A stretch of 32,000 nucleotides of DNA from positions 270,001-302,000 of the forward strand of contig JAUWGH010000005.1 of assembly GCA_030606485.1 (NCBI GenBank), given 5' to 3'. Shown piece by piece: positions 17,945 through 27,360 of the stretch (the first letter of the stretch is position 1; each line of letters begins with the position of its first letter). Made by a program: the position numbers and the translations under genes. The notes below the pieces were generated by a model. That model made no database searches and was not told where the DNA came from. It saw nothing but the letters and a program-made list of their open reading frames with translations. The DNA is from Promethearchaeota archaeon. Lineage in GTDB: Archaea > Asgardarchaeota > Lokiarchaeia > Sigyniarchaeales > SOKP01.

Positions 17945-19183
17945 TTGTATATTATGAGTAAAGTGTCCAAAGAGTCTATTGCACCATTTTTAAAATATTT
18001 TGATAAAAAATTTCTTAATCTCAAAGAAATTAAAACAATTGGGGATTTAGCAAAATTACCAATATTTGCGTATAAATTTTTCACTAAAAATGATACAAAA
18101 ATCATTTCAAAACTATTTGACATTAATGTTATTGAAGATTTAAGTAAATTAGATAAAGAAAAACCATTTGACCAATTCTTTTCTCTTGATGCCACCGAAG
18201 ATCCAATTAAACAAGCTAAAATCGTTGAAAAAATGAGAAAACAAATTGATATACTTACTGCAAAAATCCCTAACCTTGATATAAAATTAAAGAAAGGGAT
18301 AATAATAAGTGATGTTATTGTTCGAGTAGCGAAAAAGAAAGAACCGATTAAGAAGAAAGAAACTAAAATTATTTGCGTGGGACTAGAAAATGCAGGTAAG
18401 ACGGCTATATTGAGTAGATTTGGAGGACGTTTAGGAATCCAAGAATTAAGTAAATTAAAACCTACAAAAAAAGTGAAGAGAAGAGTAGTAGAGACGAAAG
18501 ATCTCACCCTTCTCATATGGGATTTCGGAGGCCAGGAAATATATCGAAAGATGTATTTAAAAGAACCCGAGAAATATTTTTTCCAAACACAACTTGTATT
18601 ATATGTGATAGATGTACAAGACCCGGATAAATTTGACGAATCTTTTGAATATTTCTCCCAAATTTTAGAAATATTTAAGATTTTTGAGGAAAAACCGTAT
18701 TTTTTGATTTTCATTCATAAAAGCGACCCGGATTTACGCGAAACTCCTGAATTTCAATTAAATGTTGGTATAGCCAAGGTAGGGATAAATGATCTATTTA
18801 AAGAGCGATATATGGAGTATGAAGTTTTTACAAGTTCAATTTACGATCTTATTAGTTCAGAACCAAAATTTGCAAGATTTCTCAAAGACGTACTAAGAGA
18901 CCAACAATCTTTAACAAATCCAACCTTAGAAAAGGTAGAAGGTCTTGGGAAAATACTGGACAGCACTCTAACCGCAGTTATTCGGCTCTCTGAAAATGTA
19001 ATGGTTGAATTTGATGGAATATATAAGAGATTTGAAACTCTAGAAAATCAATTCAAGGCGGGTTTGTCAGCTCCACCACCAGAACAACCCAAAGCCACCG
19101 AAACTGATTCCCAAAGTACTCGAACGACAGTATTAAATGAATTAAAGGAATTATTTCAAAAAAGAAAGAAAGTAAATTATTAA
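17945..19183 (+). CDS. Asgard-type Rag/Arf-like small GTPase with N-terminal helical extension and C-terminal coiled/Pro-rich tail; likely start ATG 17954
   Basis: G1 GLENAGKT, G2 KPT, G3 WDFGGQ, G4 HKSD, G5 TSSIYD. Confidence 0.88.
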   Translation: MYIMSKVSKESIAPFLKYFDKKFLNLKEIKTIGDLAKLPIFAYKFFTKNDTKIISKLFDINVIEDLSKLDKEKPFDQFFSLDATEDPIKQAKIVEKMRKQIDILTAKIPNLDIKLKKGIIISDVIVRVAKKKEPIKKKETKIICVGLENAGKTAILSRFGGRLGIQELSKLKPTKKVKRRVVETKDLTLLIWDFGGQEIYRKMYLKEPEKYFFQTQLVLYVIDVQDPDKFDESFEYFSQILEIFKIFEEKPYFLIFIHKSDPDLRETPEFQLNVGIAKVGINDLFKERYMEYEVFTSSIYDLISSEPKFARFLKDVLRDQQSLTNPTLEKVEGLGKILDSTLTAVIRLSENVMVEFDGIYKRFETLENQFKAGLSAPPPEQPKATETDSQSTRTTVLNELKELFQKRKKVNY

Positions 19184-19310
19184 TTCTTAATCTTCTTTTT
19201 CAAAATACAAATATTTTATTATTCAAGAAATTTTTTTTATTTTATTTTGAATCATTTTTTAATTGTATAAAAATAATAGGTATTTATCTAAAAATTAAGG
19301 TTATCAGAAC

Positions 19311-20711
19311 GTGTCTAATAGTATTAATTTAAAAAATATTCGAAATCAAATTCAGGAAGAAAACGCTCTATTCATAACTAATGATTTACAAGAATTTTTA
19401 CGAATTCCAAGTTATTCTTTAAATTCAAATGGGATTGAGCAAGCAAAAAAATTCATCATTAATTATATTTCTGAGTTTTGTGAAGAGATAAATATTTTTG
19501 AGCATAAAATTAATCCTACTATTTTTACTGAAGTAAAGGGAAATCGTCCTGAAAAACTTTTAATCTTTATGATGTATGACACGCAACCAGTAAGTAAGGA
19601 AAAGGATTGGATATCACCCCCCTTTCGAGCCGAAATTTCAAAATTAAATCCTCCTTTAAAAAAATTAGGTGACTGTATAATTGCGCGAGGCGCATACAAT
19701 TCGAAGACATCTTTAATGGCATTTCTAAACGTTGTAAAAATATTAAAAAGAGAAAATATATTGCCAATTTCATTAATACTGGTATTCGATGGAGAAGAAG
19801 AGATTGGTTCTCCCACATTTCGTGAATTTCTGAATCAAAATAAAGAAAACCTAAAGCAATGTATTGATTGTTATTACCCTTCTGCAAAACAAAATTTAGA
19901 TAAGACACCAGTGATTAAAATGGGATATAAAGGTATTATTTCTTTATCAATAAAGGCTTATTCAGAAAATGAGGAACCCCACTCTGCGTTTAGTAATATA
20001 ATTGCAAATCCAGCGAGGGACTTGAATATATTTCTAAATAAATTATATGATGAGACAGGTTTTAAAATTAAAGTATTAGCTGAACCTTATAGGTATAGCA
20101 ACTCAGAGAAGGTTATTTTTGAAAATCTAATTAAAAAAATCAATGTGGATGATATTATTAATAAAGCGGGTATAAGTCAAATTATTGATACTGATATCAA
20201 ATCAACTTTTTTAAAATATCTTTTTCAGCCTACTTTTAATATTTCCTCGTTAAAATCCGGATATTTAGAAACTGGTTATAAAAATATGGTCGCTAATTCT
20301 GCATTGGCAAATATCGATATTAGATGGGCCCATAATATATCCCCTGAACAGATTTTTAACGAAATTAAGAAGAAATTACAAAATTTTATTAAAAAATCAG
20401 CTTCAAAATTCGATTTAAAATACAATATGGGGTATTCAGGTTCTCGAGTTCCATTAGATTCCATAATTAGCAAAACATTTTTAAAGACTTGTAAAGATAT
20501 GAATTTGGAACCTGATATCTGGCCTTTAAGCCCCGCAGCAGCCCCTTTAAGTATTATAAAATCTAAATTTAATTTGAATTTTATTGCAGGAGGTTTAGGA
20601 ATAGGTGGTTTTGCTCATACTTCGAATGAGTTCATTCAGGTTTCTTCAATTTTAAATTCTAGAATATTTAATTTGAATTTTCTCAATAATTATAATAGAT
20701 TATTGAAGTAA
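19311..20711 (+). CDS. M20/M25/M40 family metallo-hydrolase (dipeptidase-like) with atypical metal ligands
   Basis: YDTQPV, W.SPPF, ARGA, DGEEEIGSP, dimerisation domain, AHTSNEFI; GTG start. Confidence 0.82.
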   Translation: MSNSINLKNIRNQIQEENALFITNDLQEFLRIPSYSLNSNGIEQAKKFIINYISEFCEEINIFEHKINPTIFTEVKGNRPEKLLIFMMYDTQPVSKEKDWISPPFRAEISKLNPPLKKLGDCIIARGAYNSKTSLMAFLNVVKILKRENILPISLILVFDGEEEIGSPTFREFLNQNKENLKQCIDCYYPSAKQNLDKTPVIKMGYKGIISLSIKAYSENEEPHSAFSNIIANPARDLNIFLNKLYDETGFKIKVLAEPYRYSNSEKVIFENLIKKINVDDIINKAGISQIIDTDIKSTFLKYLFQPTFNISSLKSGYLETGYKNMVANSALANIDIRWAHNISPEQIFNEIKKKLQNFIKKSASKFDLKYNMGYSGSRVPLDSIISKTFLKTCKDMNLEPDIWPLSPAAAPLSIIKSKFNLNFIAGGLGIGGFAHTSNEFIQVSSILNSRIFNLNFLNNYNRLLK

Positions 20712-20726
20712 ATATTGGGAGAAAAT

Positions 20727-21266
20727 TTATTTATAAAAAATTATTTCTTCTTCACAAACGTCCTTTTCAACATTATTATCTAAAAAATTAATTTCTACGC
20801 GTTTAATCGTTTCACCAAGCATTTCTTTCAAAGCCTTTTCAAAATATCCTTTATTTACTCTGCAAAAGGCTTTCCCGGGCTTTAATCTCTTTCGTATTTT
20901 ATAGGAATCTCGAAGGAAGCATTTATTTTCGATAATAAACCTAATTTTTTCCTCATCTTCTTCTATATCTTTGATTTGAACAGAATAGAATTGTTTCAAT
21001 TCTCCAAGTAGAAGTTCAAAGGATTCCAGTATACCAAATACTTCCTTGTTATATTTCTCTTTTAATCTTTTTGCAATTGTCAATCCTGGAACTGTTCCGA
21101 CTTGGTATAATAAACTAAGAAGAGCGTTGCGCCCGAATACATCATACATTTTAAAAATTAAGGATTCAGTAATAATTTCATATCCTCTTAAAACGTTTAA
21201 TTTTACTCCATTGTTTCTAATTTTTTCATTAGTTTTTTCAATTTCAAATTTAGAAATTAAATTCAA
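20727..21266 (-). CDS. V4R (4-vinyl reductase)/Bet3-like domain protein
   Basis: LLYQVG..G..IA helix, FIIENKCFLR, FCRVNKGYFEKAL...LG, DVCEEEI: three-Cys V4R pattern. Confidence 0.65.
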   Translation of the reverse strand: MNLISKFEIEKTNEKIRNNGVKLNVLRGYEIITESLIFKMYDVFGRNALLSLLYQVGTVPGLTIAKRLKEKYNKEVFGILESFELLLGELKQFYSVQIKDIEEDEEKIRFIIENKCFLRDSYKIRKRLKPGKAFCRVNKGYFEKALKEMLGETIKRVEINFLDNNVEKDVCEEEIIFYK

Positions 21267-21396
21267 TTATCCCCAACCCGATTAAATCATAATTATTTTT
21301 ATAATTATTACTGTTACCTTTAACTATATAAAAACTATCATTATCGGAGATTTCCGTATCATTTCCAATATTTTTTTTAAAGAAAAAAATTAGAAA

Positions 21397-22233
21397 TTAG
21401 AGCTTTTTATTAATAAATATTTCGTTCAATGTATTGATTACAATATCTGGAGTACTCAGTTCGCCGCTAATGTTTTTCAACATTTCTTCGTTAGTCACTC
21501 CAGTAAGGACTAAAATCGTTTTTAACTGTGCTCGATTACCAGCAACAATATCCGTATTTAATCTATCACCTACAAATACTGCTTTATCCGGAGACGTATC
21601 ATACTTCTCTAATATCAACTCAATTCCCGTAATCTGGGGTTTTCCAAAGATATCTAAAGGCTTATGACCTGTCGCGATCTCAACTGCCTTAACCATAACT
21701 CCAGCTCCAGGTAAGATTCCCTGTTTTGTTGGAAGTGTAGCATCTGAATTGGTTGCATAAAATTTTGCTCCGTAATTCAATATACATTTTTGAGCAATAC
21801 TCACTTTTTCATAAGTTAAATGTCTATCTAAACCAACAACTACAAAATCAATCTCATCTGAGAGAGAATTATCAGTAAAAACATTATGTCCTTGAGCTTC
21901 TAACTCTAGTTTAAGCCCAATTTCACCTACAATGAAAATATTTGAATTAGGTTTTATTTGAGACAATTTTTGAGCAGTAATATAAGCACTTGTATAAATA
22001 TCTTCTCTCATGGTTTGAATTCCAAAGTTTTTAAGTTTTTTAACATACATATCCCGTGTGGCTGTGGAATTATTTGTATTAAAAACTACATCAATACCTT
22101 TATTACGTAGAATCTTTATGATTAAATTTGAATGGTTTATCAAGACATCTCCTCGATAAATGACTCCATCTAAATCAAAAATAAATAAAGCAATATCATT
22201 TAATTCTTCAATAATATCTAAATCTTCAAACAT
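21397..22233 (-). CDS. HAD-superfamily subfamily IIA hydrolase (NagD-like phosphatase)
   Basis: FIFDLDGVIYRG, FNTNNS, GKP, FVGDRLNTDI, LVLTGV. ATG 22233 is preferred over 22266 because it overlaps the upstream stop (TAATG). Confidence 0.9.
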   Translation of the reverse strand: MFEDLDIIEELNDIALFIFDLDGVIYRGDVLINHSNLIIKILRNKGIDVVFNTNNSTATRDMYVKKLKNFGIQTMREDIYTSAYITAQKLSQIKPNSNIFIVGEIGLKLELEAQGHNVFTDNSLSDEIDFVVVGLDRHLTYEKVSIAQKCILNYGAKFYATNSDATLPTKQGILPGAGVMVKAVEIATGHKPLDIFGKPQITGIELILEKYDTSPDKAVFVGDRLNTDIVAGNRAQLKTILVLTGVTNEEMLKNISGELSTPDIVINTLNEIFINKKL

Positions 22234-23330
22234 TAAGCCCACTCCGGGTAAAACATTGCATACCACTCATTAAATTGCCCAAAAATATCTGCAACAGGTG
22301 CCTGAATTTGATAACCAAAAATTACAACTATTAAGTACAAGATGATGCCAGCTAATAATGGATATAATAAATTATCAGATATCTTTAGTAAATTGGGCGT
22401 AAATATATCAAAAATACCAAAAATTAGAGTTAATATAATTGCTAATTCCCAGCCAACGAAGAAGTAAGAAGTAATAAATGTTATTATGGAGCCACCTATA
22501 GTTCCCTCCCACGATTTTTCAGATTCCCATTTTATCTTATGCTTCCCAATCTTTTTACCAATTATAGAGGCAAATGTATCGCCAAAACATAGGAGACAGA
22601 GTATTCCAAATGTACAAGCAATTGGTAGAAAAATAGATGCCATAAAAATACCAAATATGAAGTAATAATAGTGCCCAACGTTGTGTTGTTCTGAAGGTCT
22701 TAAACTTTTGATAAATAACCGATAAAATGGGATACCCATATTTGGACTTAACCTAAAAAATTCTAAAATTATCGCAAAAGGTACACCAATCATAAAAAAT
22801 ACCATTACACTGATATCAACTAGGGTTGGTGAGATATATTTTGGTGTAATTATGTAATCAAAACCTGGCCAAAATGGATTTATCTTGCAAAATTCTGCAA
22901 AACCTGGAATATTTTCTAATAGAGTAATAGTTATTGTGTTAAAAATGAAAACTTCTAATAAAACCCCTCCAAAAAAGAAGAAATGAAAAAATTTTCTTAT
23001 ATACTCATGTGTATTGGCTCTTAATTCTTGAAATTCCTTGTCGATTTCGATTATTTCTTGTTGTCTATGAAGGAATTTAATATTTATCAAATTATAAAGA
23101 CCAAAATAACCAAGTATTATCCCCATACCTAACCATATTGCAAAACCTGCTGGAAATTTGTAATCTACATTTAAGAAAAAGGTAAAAACTATAATAATAT
23201 AGAGCCCTAATAGTATTCTGCAATAAAATTTTGCGTTTTTATCAAGTGAATATTTTATAATTTTTACTTGAAAGTAAATTAAAAGAGCAATAAATGGTAA
23301 AATTATGAATAAATCAATTAATGAAGCCAT
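22233..23330 (-). CDS. CTP-dependent polyprenol/dolichol/diacylglycerol kinase family membrane protein (SEC59/DGK1/VTE5-like)
   Basis: RKFFH, GDTFASIIGKKIG, KSWEGTIGG, DNLLYP; multiple TM helices. Confidence 0.85.
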   Translation of the reverse strand: MASLIDLFIILPFIALLIYFQVKIIKYSLDKNAKFYCRILLGLYIIIVFTFFLNVDYKFPAGFAIWLGMGIILGYFGLYNLINIKFLHRQQEIIEIDKEFQELRANTHEYIRKFFHFFFFGGVLLEVFIFNTITITLLENIPGFAEFCKINPFWPGFDYIITPKYISPTLVDISVMVFFMIGVPFAIILEFFRLSPNMGIPFYRLFIKSLRPSEQHNVGHYYYFIFGIFMASIFLPIACTFGILCLLCFGDTFASIIGKKIGKHKIKWESEKSWEGTIGGSIITFITSYFFVGWELAIILTLIFGIFDIFTPNLLKISDNLLYPLLAGIILYLIVVIFGYQIQAPVADIFGQFNEWYAMFYPEWA

Positions 23331-23350
23331 TGATCATTGAAGCCATTGAT
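23322..23350. repeat. 13-bp direct repeat TGAAGCCATTGAT (16-nt period) spanning the kinase start codon
   Basis: Exact copies at 23322-23334 and 23338-23350. Confidence 0.85.
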
Positions 23351-23532
23351 TTATAAAAAATCTTTTGTAATTGTTAGTATTATTGACTAATTCACTCATC
23401 TAAGTTATTAATAATAATAAAAATGTCTTTTTGACAAAATTTTTAAATACTTTTAAGTTTAAATAAAATCACTAAAAAATATGCTATAGAGATTCTTACA
23501 CAAAAATAAGATCTTAAAATTAAAAAAAGTTT

Positions 23533-24390
23533 ATGATTATGAAAAAGAAATGGTACAAAGGAAAGGTATTTGTAATAACTGGAGCAAGTGGAGACATTGG
23601 TAGTGAGGTCTGCCGTCTTTTTGCACCATTAGGAATGCGAATTTATTTGTTAGATCTACCAGGTCCAGCGCTTGATGAATTAGTGAAAGAAATAAAAGAA
23701 CTAGGAGCTGAGTATGTGGAAGCATTTGCATTTGATGTTACAAATCGTGAGCAGATAGAATCGGTTATAAAAAGTATTGGTGAAAAGGAAAAGTATATAG
23801 ATATTTTATATAATAATGCTGGAATTGGTAATATTTGTTCAATAACAAATGGTGGAACATTTAAAGAATATCGAAGAATAATGTCCGTAAATGTTGATGG
23901 TATCTGGCTCGTTCTTCAAGCAGCATTTCCATATATCGGGCGTCCTTCTCCAACTGAGGAGTTTCCTGAGAGACGGAAGGGACAACTAATTTTCACATCA
24001 AGCTCAGCTGGAAAAACAGGTATTCCTAATATGGCAGCATACTCAATGAGCAAACACGCAATCGTTGGAATGGCAGATTCAATTCGATTAGAATTTAAAA
24101 TGCAAAATCATAATATTCAAGTAATCACTATTTGTCCCGCGCCGGCGAGTACGAAGTTTTGGGACCAATCTCCAGAATTGAAAGAGTGGGTCGAAAAATA
24201 TCAAAAACAAGGTCTTTTATACAAATATGTTGAAACTAAAGATATTGCAAAATGTGTTCTAAAGGCATCACGTAAATATAAGAGAGAGGTGTTTGTACCT
24301 CGTTGGTGGTGGTTATTGTCTTTCCTGCAAGTGATAAGTCATCGACTTGTAGGAAATCTATTAATTAAAATCGAAAAAAGCAAAAAATGA
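23533..24390 (+). CDS. Classical short-chain dehydrogenase/reductase (SDR)
   Basis: ITGASGDIG, YNNAG, TSS, YSMSK catalytic YxxxK. Confidence 0.92.
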   Translation: MIMKKKWYKGKVFVITGASGDIGSEVCRLFAPLGMRIYLLDLPGPALDELVKEIKELGAEYVEAFAFDVTNREQIESVIKSIGEKEKYIDILYNNAGIGNICSITNGGTFKEYRRIMSVNVDGIWLVLQAAFPYIGRPSPTEEFPERRKGQLIFTSSSAGKTGIPNMAAYSMSKHAIVGMADSIRLEFKMQNHNIQVITICPAPASTKFWDQSPELKEWVEKYQKQGLLYKYVETKDIAKCVLKASRKYKREVFVPRWWWLLSFLQVISHRLVGNLLIKIEKSKK

Positions 24391-24513
24391 TTTACCTAAA
24401 AGTTAAAACTTTATTTTTACATTTTCTAAAAATTACTTTTTGAAATAATCATTTTGTTGACAAAAATATTAAATAAAAGATATACAAAAAAGATATATAC
24501 AAATTAATTTTAA

Positions 24514-26166
24514 ATGAGAATAATGAATAAAGATTCCATCAAGTACTGGCTAAGAAAAACATTTATAAGAGACATAAACTTGCCAAAGAATTCATTTATT
24601 TATTTATTGCTCTCTTTTTTTGCAATTATAATAATCACCGAAGTTCTTCTATTCAAATATGTTGTGTTAACTGGGGAGGAATTTGCTTTAGATCTTGAGA
24701 GAATCACTATATTAATTGTGGTCTCTCTCAGTTTTCTTGCTTCTGGTTGTCTTGTTGATAAAATAAAGAATAAAACAAGGTTTTATAATATAACCTTACT
24801 AATTTGCATAATAGGACTGTTCTTAACTAATTTTACTGGAACCATTTTTGATTATATTGGTTTATTTATTATACTTCTTTCATTACCACAACTGGTCGTA
24901 CTATGGTTTACAACATTAATTCATGAAACAAATATCCTTAATAGAGGAAGAATAACGGCTTTCCTGATAATATCATGTTCCATTTTAGGTTTGATTGGAA
25001 TTGCTTTTATATTCTTTGAGTTCCTTTATCCCTATCTTTTCATTGTAGAAACTGTTCTTTTAATCATTATTGCCTTATATTCAAGATCTTATAAGTACAT
25101 AGAAACTGAAGAAAGACTCATATCTGATGAAAAATATATGAAAATTATTTTTGAGAAACATTTTTTTCGATATTCTTCAAGTTTTACTGTATTAAGTTTT
25201 ATTTTAGGTGATTTACTCGCACGTTATGGTTTTGACTTGGATATCATAGCATTCTCAATCACTTCTTTTTTTTATTTACTGGCGGCTGGCTGGTTTTTAG
25301 ATAACATTGGTCGAAAATATGCAATTGTCTTGGGAATTTTAGTTACTTCATTTTTCCTTATATCCTATGGTTCATTTGTTGAAGCAGAAGTAATATATGG
25401 CATACCAAAAAAAATCTATCTCTCAATACATTATGGCTTCTCAATTACACCCCTTTTGCTTGCCATTTTTACAGTGTCCGGAGATTTTTCAACAGAAAGA
25501 GGGAACTTAAAATATAGAGGGCGAATTAATGGACTTCTAATATCTTTAATGTTCATTGGCATTGTCATTGGATATGTTTTTAGTAAATGGATAAATGGAT
25601 TATATAACGCCAACCCCGATTTGAATCTGATAATACCTGAGTTCCCTGACCGGATAAATTCATTTCTTCTAGTTATTCTTCTCGTTTGGATGATGGGAAT
25701 GAAAGAATTCTTAGTCTCTAAAGAACTTCAATGGGCTTCCACTATTAAAAATCTTTATTTATTCAACTATGATGGCATTTGTCTTTATTTTCATAACTTA
25801 GAAAAGGATGAAAAATCCAAAATAAAAATTGAAAAATTTGAATTGGACGAAGATCTAATTTCTGGCGGTCTTACTGGAGTAATCACCATAATCTCTGAAA
25901 TAACAAAGAGTAAAAAACAACTTAGAAAAATTGAAAAAGAAGGAGTAAATCTATTTTTTTCTTATGGAAAATATCATATCGCCGCTTTAATCTCAAGCAT
26001 GGATTTACCAATTTTACTGAAAAAACTCGATGATTTTTCAAAAGAATTTGAACAAAAATTTGAGAAAGAACTGAAAAATTTTAAAGGACATATTAATCCT
26101 TTTAATCCAACTAACTATCTTGTAAAAAAATATTTTGTCCAAAAATATTCAGTTTTTATGGAATAA
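24514..26166 (+). CDS. MFS-like 12-TM membrane protein with C-terminal longin-like domain
   Basis: About 12 TM segments; MFS motif-A-like GCLVDKIKNK and GWFLDNIGRK; soluble C-terminus NLYLFNYDGICLY...DLISGGLTGV..IISEI...FSKEFEQKF. Confidence 0.75.
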   Translation: MRIMNKDSIKYWLRKTFIRDINLPKNSFIYLLLSFFAIIIITEVLLFKYVVLTGEEFALDLERITILIVVSLSFLASGCLVDKIKNKTRFYNITLLICIIGLFLTNFTGTIFDYIGLFIILLSLPQLVVLWFTTLIHETNILNRGRITAFLIISCSILGLIGIAFIFFEFLYPYLFIVETVLLIIIALYSRSYKYIETEERLISDEKYMKIIFEKHFFRYSSSFTVLSFILGDLLARYGFDLDIIAFSITSFFYLLAAGWFLDNIGRKYAIVLGILVTSFFLISYGSFVEAEVIYGIPKKIYLSIHYGFSITPLLLAIFTVSGDFSTERGNLKYRGRINGLLISLMFIGIVIGYVFSKWINGLYNANPDLNLIIPEFPDRINSFLLVILLVWMMGMKEFLVSKELQWASTIKNLYLFNYDGICLYFHNLEKDEKSKIKIEKFELDEDLISGGLTGVITIISEITKSKKQLRKIEKEGVNLFFSYGKYHIAALISSMDLPILLKKLDDFSKEFEQKFEKELKNFKGHINPFNPTNYLVKKYFVQKYSVFME

Positions 26167-26182
26167 CTCTTACATCACTTAC

Positions 26183-27301
26183 TTAAATCATCCACTTTCC
26201 TTCTTCATAGATTAGTTTATCATCAGCAAAGATTTGAGAACCAGGAATTCGCATATCTTTTAAGATATCCCAGTGCAAAGCACACATATTTTTCGAACCT
26301 GTTTGCTTAAATCCCAATCCAATCGCACAATGCAATGTGCCTCCTATCTTCTCATCAAAGAGTATATTTTTAGTAAATTGTGTTATTCCATAATTAGTTC
26401 CTACTGCGAATTCTCCTAATCTTCTAGCATTCTCAATATCAAGTAATTCATTAAGCAATTCTTCTCCCTTATCAGCAGTAGCGCGCACTACATCTCCATC
26501 TTTAAATTCAAAATAGATATTTTCAATCTCATTTCCAGCATAAATCCCGGGAAAAGTAAAACGGATGTGCCCATTTACAGAATCTTCTACTGGACCCGTA
26601 AAAACCTCCCCATCAGGTAAATTAAGGCGCCCACAACAATTTATCCATGTTCTTCCCTTAACTGATAGAGTTAAATCGGTATCCTCGCCAATTACATGTA
26701 TTTCCTCAACTTTATTCAAATAATCCACGATTTTCTCTTGTTCCTTCTCTACTTTTCTCCACTCCTCAACCGGGTTTTCTTTGTCTAATAATAATGCTTT
26801 TTCTACAAATTCTGAATATGAAAATAAATCCATATTTGCCTCTTGAGCATAAGCATGACATGGAAATGGAATTAAAGTCCACTTCAACTCCCCTTTTGCT
26901 ACTCTAGACTCAAAAATATCTCTTAATTCTTTTCTTGCTGGTGCTCCTTTATATGTCGCAATCAATTTTGGATCAATAGTACTCAATTTACGGGTATTAT
27001 AATCTGAACGTATTACAATGAAACCATCAAATTCTTTCCTTACCAATCTTTCAAGATTATCTACATATAACAACTGCTCCTCAGAAGCATATTTTAAGAA
27101 AAGTTCTTGAGCACCTTCAAGTTCTACCTCAAGCATTGGATGAGCCCCCGCCTTAACAACCTCCATATAAATCGCACGTAAGAGCTCTTCTGCATTACTT
27201 GGCCCCATTATAATAATTCTCTGACCTTTTTCCACCTCTAATGAATACTCGATAACCAATTTGGCCAATTTTTCATGTAAAGGATTAATCATATTTTCCA
27301 A
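26183..27301 (-). CDS. Aminopeptidase, M29 family (AmpS/PepS/aminopeptidase T)
   Basis: NLPDGEVFTGP, LGEFAVGTN, LFDEKIGGTLHCAIG, HWDIL. Confidence 0.92.
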   Translation of the reverse strand: MENMINPLHEKLAKLVIEYSLEVEKGQRIIIMGPSNAEELLRAIYMEVVKAGAHPMLEVELEGAQELFLKYASEEQLLYVDNLERLVRKEFDGFIVIRSDYNTRKLSTIDPKLIATYKGAPARKELRDIFESRVAKGELKWTLIPFPCHAYAQEANMDLFSYSEFVEKALLLDKENPVEEWRKVEKEQEKIVDYLNKVEEIHVIGEDTDLTLSVKGRTWINCCGRLNLPDGEVFTGPVEDSVNGHIRFTFPGIYAGNEIENIYFEFKDGDVVRATADKGEELLNELLDIENARRLGEFAVGTNYGITQFTKNILFDEKIGGTLHCAIGLGFKQTGSKNMCALHWDILKDMRIPGSQIFADDKLIYEEGKWMI

Positions 27302-27360
27302 TAAAGATAAATGATTCTTATAGTTACTTATCTTAAGTTCTTAACAGAATATGTAATTTT

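Noticed and set aside
17836-18714. 292-aa minus-strand ORF
   Set aside because: Antisense shadow of the well-supported GTPase gene; Ser/Phe/Ile-rich with no motifs, as expected from the reverse complement of an A-rich gene.
22234-22266. Longer N-terminus (MVCNVLPGVGL) for the HAD hydrolase
   Set aside because: It would overlap the kinase C-terminus; the TAATG-coupled ATG at 22233 is more plausible.
8178-26183. Very short gaps between convergent genes (8178/8203, 16660/16699, 20711/20727, 26166/26183)
   Set aside because: Common in compact archaeal genomes; nothing specific without transcript data.
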